DNA of 64,000 nt, taken from assembly GCA_902794405.1 (NCBI GenBank), contig CADBHI010000024.1, positions 5,603 through 69,602 of the forward strand. Direction: 5' to 3'. Both the position numbers and the translations under genes were made by a program. Below the pieces are notes generated by a model. That model made no database searches. It saw only the letters and a list, made by a program, of their open reading frames with translations, and had not been told where the DNA came from. Source of the DNA: an uncultured Prevotellaceae bacterium. GTDB lineage: Bacteria; Bacteroidota; Bacteroidia; Bacteroidales; Bacteroidaceae. Of the stretch, positions 1 through 9,800 are shown in pieces (position 1 is the stretch's first letter; every line of letters starts with the position of its first letter).

Positions 1-2
1 AT

Positions 3-2189
3 CTTGGCGGCATTGCCGGTTATTCATCATTCTTAGTACATACCCCCACGCTGACCGACAACCTCTTTACAGGTACTATCAGCGGCGATCTTAGGAAATT
101 TATCGGCGCCATCGTTGGCGAGAACAATTCTAACGCAGCCACGCTGACCAACAACTACCATACTAGCAGCGGCATGGGCGGCGTAGGAAATGACGCCGAA
201 GCCACTGGCACCGACACCGGCGGCGCAAAGTTCGCCTACGAACTTCTGGCAGCCAACGGCGCCATGGGCGAGCCGGGCAGCACCTACGCCGAAGGAGAAA
301 CCTACGAGGGCATTACCGTCTACGAGAACGGCCTGGCCTACGACGGCAAGTACTATAGCCAAGACCCGTGGGGCGGCAATGGTACAGAGGATGACCCGTA
401 CATCATCTACACCACCGAAGGTCTCGACCAGCTCGCCAGCAGAGTCAACAGCGGCAATGACTACGACGGCAAATACTTCGCCCTCGGCGCTGACATCACC
501 TACGACAAGACGAAGGAGAACAACTATACGCCCATAGGAAATGGTTCTTTTTTCTACGGCACTTTCGACGGTCAGCGCCACATAATCAGCGGCATCCGTA
601 TCAGTGACCCATATAGCTCTAATAATGCCATCTTTGGCATGGTAGAAAGAACTGTGAAGAACCTTGTTGTCAGCGACTGCCGATTTGAGGCTAACCAAAT
701 CATAGGTGGCATAGTGGCATATTTACGAGGCACCATCGAAAACTGCCACGTCCTCAGCGACGTCACTCTCTCTGGTAATTCGTATGTCGGCGGCATTGTC
801 GCTCAAAATGATGGGGGAACCATCAAAGGCTGTACCAGCGCCGCAACTATTAGAGGTACAAAAGATTCTGGATTGAATGCGAAATATCATGGCGGCATCG
901 TCAGTTCTATACCATACAGTGAAGGTACCCCCGTGCTGACCGACAACCTCTTTACCGGTACTATCAGCGGCAATCTTGGAGAATATATCGGTGCCATCGT
1001 TGGCATGAACAATTGTGACAAAACCATCCTGAACAACAACTACCACACCCTGAGCGGTGTCGGCGGATGCGACGGCAGCGATGTGTACGGCGCACAGTTC
1101 GCCGTGAGCAGCACCACGCCGCCCGCAAGCATCGACCCCTACGGCAAACCCACCGCCGTCTACTCCTACACCGTCGGCTCCGATAAGATTATCGGCATCA
1201 CCGCCTACAGCCCCAACGGTCTCTTATACAAAAAACGCTACTACTGGCACGAGGACGTCGAGGAAATACACCTTATCGACGACCGCATAGATAACGACTA
1301 CACCATCGCAGAAAATAATGGTAAAATCGTCAACGTCCGTCTCGCTGGCCGCACGTTCCGCAAGGACGGCAAGTGGAGCACCATTGTCCTGCCCTTCGAC
1401 GTAGACCTGACCGCTCCTGACAGTCCGTTGCAAGGCGCCATCATCCGCACCCTGACCAACAAAAACATTAATAACGTCATCAGCGGTACCACGCTGAACC
1501 TTACCTTTGACGAGAAGTGGGATGAATATGATGAAGCTAACACTCTCATGGCTGGTGTGTCGTACCTCATCAGGTGGAATCGTCCTGAGAACTACGAAGG
1601 CAACGAGAGCATGTACGACATCGTGGATCCACTGTTCATAGGTGTGAAAATAAAGAATGAGCACTTACCCTGCTGGAGTTATGATGGCCTTGTCAACTTT
1701 GAAGGCAACTACAATTGTATGGGAGATGTTGTCAGCTACTATCCTGAAGAATTTGATGTCCTGCTGTTAGGCGACGATAATAACCTGCACTACGCCACCC
1801 CAGGAGAAAGCCTCGGCGCCTGCCGCGCCTGCTTCATCATCCACCGCGACCAGATTGGCGAGAACTTCCGCCTTACCAACTACGTCTTCGACCTCGGCAA
1901 CGGCGAGATGCTCAGCGGCACCTTCCCCTCGACCGTACAGCCTGTCGAGCCGGGCGACGCCAACGGCGACGGCAACATCTCGGTAACCGACATTGCCGTA
2001 GTGGTGAACTGCATCCTGCAGTTAGACAACAACGGCGGCTTCTCCCCAGACGGTGCCGACGCCAACGGCGACGGACAAATCACCGTCACCGACATTGGCG
2101 TCATCGTCGACAAGATCCTCGGCGTTAACAACAACAGTGGCAACGCCGGCGCCCGTCGCCTGACCCACGACGCTGTGGAGCCGCAGTAA
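3..2189 (+). CDS. Secreted GLUG-motif repeat protein with C-terminal dockerin-like domain (5' end outside window)
   Basis: Frame is open from position 3. It has GGIV/GAIVG GLUG-like motifs, a GNGTEDDPYII module and an internal repeat (46-160 vs 931-1050). A duplicated GDANGDG..VTDI..VV..IL dockerin lies at 1953-2123, and the protein ends AVEPQ*. Confidence 0.8.
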   Translation, partial: LGGIAGYSSFLVHTPTLTDNLFTGTISGDLRKFIGAIVGENNSNAATLTNNYHTSSGMGGVGNDAEATGTDTGGAKFAYELLAANGAMGEPGSTYAEGETYEGITVYENGLAYDGKYYSQDPWGGNGTEDDPYIIYTTEGLDQLASRVNSGNDYDGKYFALGADITYDKTKENNYTPIGNGSFFYGTFDGQRHIISGIRISDPYSSNNAIFGMVERTVKNLVVSDCRFEANQIIGGIVAYLRGTIENCHVLSDVTLSGNSYVGGIVAQNDGGTIKGCTSAATIRGTKDSGLNAKYHGGIVSSIPYSEGTPVLTDNLFTGTISGNLGEYIGAIVGMNNCDKTILNNNYHTLSGVGGCDGSDVYGAQFAVSSTTPPASIDPYGKPTAVYSYTVGSDKIIGITAYSPNGLLYKKRYYWHEDVEEIHLIDDRIDNDYTIAENNGKIVNVRLAGRTFRKDGKWSTIVLPFDVDLTAPDSPLQGAIIRTLTNKNINNVISGTTLNLTFDEKWDEYDEANTLMAGVSYLIRWNRPENYEGNESMYDIVDPLFIGVKIKNEHLPCWSYDGLVNFEGNYNCMGDVVSYYPEEFDVLLLGDDNNLHYATPGESLGACRACFIIHRDQIGENFRLTNYVFDLGNGEMLSGTFPSTVQPVEPGDANGDGNISVTDIAVVVNCILQLDNNGGFSPDGADANGDGQITVTDIGVIVDKILGVNNNSGNAGARRLTHDAVEPQ

Positions 2190-2191
2190 CG

Positions 2192-2438
2192 GCCTACCCC
2201 CAGCCCCTCCCCAAGGGAGGGGAGTGGTTACACTCGGAGCCGCAGTAGGAAGTGAATTACCACCGCTCTCCCCACCCCTTAAGGGGCGGGGTAGGGGGCG
2301 GGGTAAGGACTCGGCCCGCTTGCCAGAGCAAGAACTCCAACCTCTGCGCCGAAGAAAGATACTGACCCCGCCCCCGACCCCTCCCCTCATAGGGGCGGGG
2401 AGAGGCTACGGGTTCTTGCTACCGAAGGGACGCAAGAA
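2192..2438. repeat. Cluster of G/C-rich REP-like palindromes plus a CTTGCTACCGAAGGGACGCAAG hairpin
   Basis: CCCCTCCCC..AGGGG(A/C)GGGG units at about 2192, 2266 and 2362. The hairpin at 2413-2438 recurs at about 52023-52046. Confidence 0.75.
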
Positions 2439-2482
2439 TGAGGCTGAGTATGGGCCGTCGAGCTAAAAAACATGCTCCAAAG

Positions 2483-2514
2483 TTTGCATAATACGAAAAA
2501 TTGTAATATCTTTG
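2483..2514 (+). promoter_or_regulatory. Bacteroidetes primary-sigma promoter (-33 TTTG, -7 TAtcTTTG)
   Basis: TTTG at 2483-2486 and TATCTTTG at 2507-2514, with a 20-nt spacer, upstream of ATG 2552. Confidence 0.75.
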
Positions 2515-2551
2515 CATCGCATACCATCATTTACAATCTAACCAAAAACCT

Positions 2552-5500
2552 ATGACTACAGAACGAGCAAATAGATTCCCCATGTCGGCGTGGATAGCCG
2601 TGTTGCTAATCGCTATGCTGTTTACGACCGGGACGGCGTGGGCTGGCCTGACGTTTACGGTTGTGACAGAGCCAGCAGAGGCCGGCGAAGGCGGCTCGTA
2701 TGAGATGCGCAAAATTTCAGAAGACGTATATTCAGACCGCCAATTCATAGTCATTCCCGAAGAAGGATTCACCGTGAAGAGCGTTATTTGGACGGACAAA
2801 GACCGTATACCCGAGACGCTCACCGAGATAGGTATGGTGGGTGAGGGAGGTACGATAGAATTATACTATACTGCGCCGAATGCCAGCGGCGAGGTCGTCA
2901 TCACGTTCGAAATGAAGAAAAAAAGATGCGGCAAGACAAGCTCCGACAAAGTCTACTGGGCCTTCAGCAATAACGAAAAAGGACTCCTCGATATCTCCTA
3001 TAAATCCGGCGGCAGCGAGATGGCAGACTACGAAAGATATGAGGATACGCCCTGGTGGCAGTACCACGAAACCATCAAGACCCTCGTCGTCAACGAGGGC
3101 GTGACCACCATCGGTAAAAATGCCTTTGGCCGCTTACGAGTATCGGCGAGAAGGCTTTCGAAGGCTGCAATAGTCTGACTTCGCTCAAGATTCCCTCCGG
3201 CGTGACCTATATTGAAAAAAATGCTTTCGATTATTGCAGCGGCCTGATGACCGTCAACGTATATGCCGCCACGCCGCCGGAACTCGGGTCTAACGTCTTC
3301 GACGACAATGCCTCCGACCGCAAGATATACGTCCCCTATGCTGCCCTCGATGACTACAAAGACGCCTACGGCTGGAGTAACTATAAAGACGACATCCTGC
3401 CCTTGGCCGCCACACTCCCACAGAAAACAACCACCACTACACCCTCAACGCCACCTATCTTGAGGCGCAGTTCAACCGCAGTGGCGGCCACACCATTGTC
3501 GGCTGGGCGACCACGCCGGGGAGCGACGTCGTCTATGCCCCTGGCTCCACCATCGTGCTGACAGAAAACCCGACGACCATCTACACCGTCTGGGATGACA
3601 CAGATAAGTGGAGTGTCACCAAGAGCAAGGGCAGCGACGTGTATGACGTGCTCACCATCAAGAGCGTCGGCGCGATGGCGGACTACGAAGAATATGAGGA
3701 TACGCCCTGGTGGCAGTACCACGAAACCATCAAGACCCTCGTCGTCAACGAGGGCGTGACCACCATCGGTAAAAATGCCTTTGGCCGCTTATTCCTGCTA
3801 CGATTTAACATCGCTCGAGATTCCCCCCAGTGTGACCGAAATAAAAAAATCAGCCTTCAATTATTGCTCTGGTCTGACCTCAATTGACATCCCCGCCAGC
3901 GTGACCTCTATAGAAACACTTGCCTTCAATGATTGCTTCAGCCTGAAGACCGTCAACGTCTATGCCGCCACGCCGCCGGAACTCGGGGGGCACGTCTTCG
4001 ATGGCAATGCCTCCGACCACAAGATATACGTCCCCTATGCTGCCCTCGATGACTACAAAGACGCCTACGGCTGGAGTAACTATAAAGACGACATCCTGCC
4101 CTTGGCCGCCACACTCCCACTACACCCTCAACGCCACCTATCTTGAGACGCAGTTCAACCGCAGTGGCGACCACACCATCCTCGGCTGGGCGACCTCGCC
4201 GACGGGCGACGTCGTCTATGGCCCCAACTCCACCATCGTGCTGACAGAAAATCCGACGACCATCTACACCGTCTGGGACGACACGGAGAATTGGATAGTC
4301 ACCAAGAGCAAGGGCAGCGACGTGTATGACGTGCTCACCATCAAGAATAACAGCGAGATGGCGGACTACGAAAGATATGAGGATACGCCCTGGTGGCAGT
4401 ACCACGAAACCATCAAGACCCTCGTCGTCAACGAGGGCGTGACCACCATCGGTAAAGATGCCTTTGGCCACTTGGGAGCCCTGACGTCGGTCAGCCTCCC
4501 TCACAGCCTCACAAGCATCGGCGAGAAGGCTTTCGACAGCTGCTCCGGTCTGACCTCGCTCAAGATTCCCTCCAGCGTGACCGTAATAGGAAACGGAGCC
4601 TTAATGGGATGCGACGGCCTGACCTCAATTGACATCCCTGCCAGCGTGACCTCTATAAAAGATGATGCCTTCCGCAGTTGCACCAGCCTGAAGACCGTCA
4701 ACGTCTATGCCATCACGCCGCCGAAACTCGGGCATAACGTCTTCGACGGAAATGCCGCCGGCCGCAAGGTATACGTCCCCAGCGCCGCCCTCGATGCCTA
4801 CAAAAAAGCTGGCGGCTGGAGTGACTACAAAGACGACATCCTGCCCCTTGAAATCCCCTACATCGATGCCGACGGCAACACGGCCTATTGCTACGACTTC
4901 ACCCCGCTCGACGGCTCTGAGACTAGGCTTAACAACAACGTCGACACCAACAACGACGGCACGCCCGACCAGGGCTGGTACGTTGTCAGTTCCGACATCA
5001 GCTACACCAACACCCTCATTCTCGACGGCGACATCCACCTCATCCTCTGCGACGGCAACACGATGAGCGTCAATACGAATGTTGTCTCTCTCGACGGCTA
5101 CACGACAGAAAATGCCAACCTCACTATCTATGGCCAGACCAACCAGACAGGACGGCTCGAAGCCCATAGCGAAAGCATTTATACCATCTTTTTAGAATAT
5201 GGCAACTACACTCAGTACGGCGGCGACGTCTATCTGAGCAACATTTACCATTATGATGCTCGGGTACTCGTTGCTTTCACCGATGATGCAGTGGGCGGCA
5301 ATGTCACCCTTATCCGCGGCAAGCTTACTGCCAGCGCCAAAGCTAGTAGCGGAACTGCCATCGCAGCTGGCAACAACGTGAACATCCTCGGCGGACAGCT
5401 CGACGCACAGGGTGGAACTGAAGGAGAGTACGCCTGCGGCATACTAGCCTTTGACGGTAATATCACCCTTGGCTGGACTACCGCCACTGACCGCATCAAG

Positions 5501-5851
5501 GCCTCGTCGTACCACGCTCATGGCACCATAAAGATTGCCGACGGCCAGACACTCTACGACGAGGACGGCGTAGCGCACACCAGCGCCAACCTGGGCTCCA
5601 TCGACGGCAAGACGCTGAGGGGTGTGCTTGAAAAGCGTGGCGACGCCAACGGCGACGGCAGCATCACGGTGACGGACATTGCCGTGGTGGTGAACTGCAT
5701 TCTGCAGCTGGCCAACAACGGCGGCTACTCGCCCTACGGTGCCGACGCCAACGGCGACGGACAAGTCACCGTCACGGATATCGGAGTGATTGTAGATAAA
5801 ATCCTCGGAAGCCCCTCCCCAACCCCTCCCGAGGGAGGGGAGCCGCAGTAA
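2552..5851 (+). pseudogene. Secreted BspA-type LRR / InlB-B-repeat-like protein with C-terminal dockerin, broken by four frameshifting deletions
   Basis: Signal peptide ends TAWA. Three ~660-bp repeat units carry TPW..IKTLVVNEGVTTIG and LTSIDIPASVTSI LRR_5 motifs. Frame breaks at about 3136, 3420, 3791 and 4119. Dockerin at 5639-5809; ends GGEPQ*. Confidence 0.75.
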
Positions 5852-6069
5852 GCCCTCCATCCGCCGCTCTCCCCACCCCTAATTAGGGGCAAACGTTTGT
5901 CATGAGACAAAAACGAAAATAAAAATTCCCAAGCCGGGATTTTTCAAAAGGCGCTTCCTTTTTCTCAAAACCCGGCTGGTTTTGACAAAAAGGCACCGGG
6001 TTTTGACTAAGTTCTACTTTATATATAGAGAAAAATCGATTCACTGTGAAGAGAATGCGATTTTATTCG

Positions 6070-6077
6070 TATCTTTG
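6070..6077 (+). promoter_or_regulatory. -7 promoter box TAtcTTTG
   Basis: Consensus match 26 nt upstream of ATG 6103. Confidence 0.6.
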
Positions 6078-6102
6078 CAGGCGACTTTAAAACTATGAAG
6101 AT

Positions 6103-6473
6103 ATGAAACAGCCATTGTACCCCAGCAGCAAAGCCCTGCGCGTCATCATCGCGGCAGTCATCATGATCATCGCCAGCGCCACTGCGTCCTGGACTTCGGC
6201 AACAACGAGACCCAGACCTGTCCGTTCGTAGATTGTGGCGACGCCAACGGCGACGGCACCATCTCCGTTACCGACATCGCCGTGGTCGTGAACTGCATCC
6301 TCCGCCTGCCCAACACTGGCGGTTACTCGCCCGGCGGCGCCGACGCCAACGGCGACAACGACATCACCGTCACTGACATCGGCGTGATTGTTGATAAGAT
6401 ATTGGGGACAAAGCCTCACCCCTAACCCCTCTCCCACTGGAGAGGGGAACTTTAGGGTGGGGAGCCACAGTAA
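6103..6473 (+). pseudogene. Collapsed dockerin-protein gene: signal peptide joined out of frame to the dockerin
   Basis: MKQPLYPSSKALRVIIAAVIMIIASATASW is followed, in another frame, by VLDFGNNETQTCPFVDC and the dockerin (6237-6407). EPQ* codons at 6462-6473 are in the dockerin frame, after two stops. Confidence 0.75.
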
Positions 6474-6617
6474 GCCGAAGCACCACCGCGTATCTCCCCA
6501 CCCCTTAAGGGGCGGGGTAGGGGGCGGGGTGAAAGAGGCTGTAGCCGTTGAGAAAACCTTAAATCTCCACCAATCTCACACCCCGCCCCCAGCCCCTCCC
6601 CTTATAGGGGCGGGGAG
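6414..6617. repeat. REP-like palindrome cluster
   Basis: ctccccaccccttaaggggcggggtagggggcggggt at about 6494 is identical to the copy at about 2268; an inverted partner lies at about 6579. Confidence 0.75.
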
Positions 6618-6779
6618 TCGTGGGGGGGCCACACCGAAGGGCGTGCCCCAACATCCGCAGACAATGGGCGACCCCGTCAGGGTCGATGTTATTACGGACG
6701 ACCGTATTTAGTAGGTAGAAAATGCGAGAAAATCGGGGTAAAAATTTGGCGGTATAAGTTTTTTGTCGTATCTTTGTGG

Positions 6780-6862
6780 CCTCTCAGTAACATTTTATAC
6801 TAAATCAAGTGATAAAAGTGTTTTTGCCAACGCCAACTGTGAAGTTCGCTGCGGCTTTTTTT
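6780..6862 (+). ncRNA. Candidate stand-alone small RNA (~80 nt)
   Basis: Canonical promoter (TTTG 6745-6748, TATCTTTG 6769-6776), no credible ORF, then a hairpin with a cuGUGAag loop and a T7 tract (6826-6862). Confidence 0.45.
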
Positions 6863-6885
6863 ATGAGAAACCTAAAAACAACCCG

Positions 6886-9800
6886 TTATTCCTTCTTCTT
6901 CCTGCCGAAGAGGTCGCGCAGGCCGTTGAAGTCTTTCTTCATGATGATGCCTACGCCCTGGGTGTTCATGGAGGAACGGGTGAAGTAGCGGTCGTTGGTC
7001 TGGTTGTAGACCTTCAGGGCGAGGTTGCCGTTGGGGAGTAGGAGGTAGCGGATGTCGAAGTCGCCGATGAACGAGGGTGAGGCCTGCGTGGCATTGTCGC
7101 GATAGCCGAACTGTCCGTTGATGAGTAGACGGTTGTTGAGCATGCGGCCAGCGACGATTCCCTCGTATTCGGCGTTGTTCCAGCCCTCGGTACCTGTAGA
7201 GATGTTGGCACCGAAGTTCCAGTCGTCGTTTCTGACAATCTGGTTGATGGCGTTGTTGATTTGCGTAGAGAGGGTGCCTGAGAGGAACGACTGCATGGCT
7301 AACGAGGTGCGGCTTTGTTCCTGCTGCTCGCCGGCATTGTTCTGTCCCTGGCTGTAGAATCGTCCGATGCCGAGGAGGTAGAGCACTTGCTGGTTCATCT
7401 CCTGTTGTGAGGACAGCAGCGAGCGCACCATCTGTTTCTCGTCGGCATTGACGGTAGGCAGGTCGAGGTCGAAGGTGACCTGTGGCGACGAAGGCTGGCC
7501 GCCGATGTTCATCAGGCAGTTGACGCGGACGGTGTTCGACGAGAAGGTGTTGCCCAATTGCAGATCGCTGAGCGACACGCCGTTGACGGTATAGAGTGCC
7601 TGAAGGTTGAGGGCGGCAGAGTAGGGGTCACCCCCGAAGACAATCGTACTGCCGGGCTGGAACTGGAACTTCTTGTTGATGATGCCCTGGATGGTGACGT
7701 CGTAGGTGCCGCTTTCAACGGCGTAAGTGCCCTGCATCTCGAATGCACCTTTATTATAATAGGAGGCCTGCAGGGAACCGCTACCATTGAGGGTGATGTA
7801 GTCGCCTGTCTTGGCATCCATTAGAATGCGCATGGTGCCTACGGGTGTGACGTTGACCAGGAAGTTCATGTAGATATTGCTCGAAGAGGACTGTGGCGTG
7901 ACGGCTGTGGCGGTTGCCGTATTGGCAACAGGTACCTTCCACGTGATGAACTCCTGGTCGCTGATGGCATCGTTCTGGGCAGCATTGTAGACGAATACGC
8001 TGTTTTTCAGGGGAGAGACGTTGCAGTCGATATGAACGTCGTCGCCTTTCATTCGGATATCGACGGTACCCGAGGCAAAGACTGTGCCATAGAACGACTG
8101 GTCGCCAAAGTCATGGAAGTCATAGCCTAACAGCTGGTCGGTATCGACGTGGAGGTCGAGGCTCAGGTTGGTGAGGTCTTCATGATGTATGGCGCCTGAC
8201 AGGTAGCCCACGTTGTTGTATTTGTCGTGGATGGGCAGCGAGTCGATGAGTATCTCGTTGTATACGAGTGTGATGGTGTCGTTGCGCAGCCAGTAGGTGG
8301 TGTTCAGCGGCGTAATGGTGGCCTCTCCGTCAATGCGCAGTCCGCCCGTCAGGTTGATGGCTGAGAGTGGTCCGGCCAGCCGTAGGTCTCCCTTTCCGTG
8401 TCCCGTGATGTGCGAGATGAACGACTCGGTGAACGAGTGCATGAAGTCGAGATAGGTACCTCGGGCATGAAGACCCAGGTCGATGTATTCGCGTTCGGGC
8501 GACACGTAGCCATTGATAAAGGTGATGGCATCGGGACCGTCGTTGGCCGTGGCGTTGATGTCAATCTGCTTCATTTGCTTGTTCCAGTCGACGCGAGCCA
8601 ATAGTGTTCCCATGCGCCCTTCCTGGAATTTGAAGTTGTCGACGGTGAGGTTAGCGTAGGCATCGGGATCGTCGAATGCCGATACCAGAATGGCGTTGCC
8701 GGAAGCATATCCCGAGAATGTAACGGCGTCGAAATCAACCAGGTCGAGGATGTCGGCCACCTCGATGTTGTTCAGGGTGACGGTCACCGAGTCGGTCTTC
8801 TGGCTGGAGGCTATGCCGTCGGCCTTGATGTATTGTTCGCCGTTATGGACGGCAAAGTTGTCGATGAGTAGTCTTCCTTCACTATAGAGGATGTCGGAAG
8901 GCTCTATGAGCCATTGGGCATTGCGGAGCGTGACATTCGACGGGAATATCCTGACGTGGGCTTCCGACTGGTCAGAAAGATTGCGGTAGAGCTCTGCCGA
9001 CGCGTTGAGCACGCCGTGGAAAGGGGAGACGGCATCGTTGTTGTTCCAGGCCAATGCAAACGAAATGTTGTTGTCGGCAGCATGGCCGTCGACCTTGAGC
9101 GCAAAGGGTTCCCTGTCGTCCTCTATGCTCCAGATAGAGGCCTGAAGCATGAGGGTGTCGAGGGGTGAGCTGATATTGACGGTTCCCCGTTCGTAGAGAT
9201 GGCCGTTGTATGAAAAAGAGGGAACGTCGAGATTGGCCACTATCTGGCGGGTGTTGTCGTTGAAGTTGGCATCCAGAGTAATGGTCTGATGGGTGTCGAG
9301 GGGAATGCCGAGCAGTTTTTCTGCCCAGTCGGTCTTGGCAACCTTCAGGTGGATGGTGAAGTTGTTCTTGGTGTCCTTTGTCAGAGGCGGCAGGCCTGGA
9401 AGGGTGGGGAGTTTCGAGCCGATGGCATTGGCAAAGCTCTGGGCCAATGTGGCATAGTCGAACTCTCCGGAAATGTCGGCATGGGCAAAGTCGCTGTTGA
9501 GTGTCAGGAAGTGGACGCCCTCTTCGAAGCCAGACTCAATACGCAGATAGTCCAGGTTGTAGTCTTTCTCCGGAAGGCTGAGGTCCTGTAGGCTGATGAT
9601 GCCTTCTGCGCTGTTGATGTCGGTTCCGTTGATGTTGAGCTCCAGTCCGGCTTTGACCTTAGGGTCGTTGATGCTCAGTCTGCCGTCGATGTGGTTGGGG
9701 GCGTAGTTGCCGTCGAGTTCGATATGCTCGTAAGTGGTTCCCTCGTATTCAAACTTCTCAATACGTCCCTTTGCGGCTATCTGGCTGCTCACTGTACCGT

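Noticed and set aside
3019-4474. DGR template/variable repeat pair
   Set aside because: The ~118-nt repeats are coding domain duplications, the differences are few and not adenine-specific, and there is no reverse transcriptase in the window.
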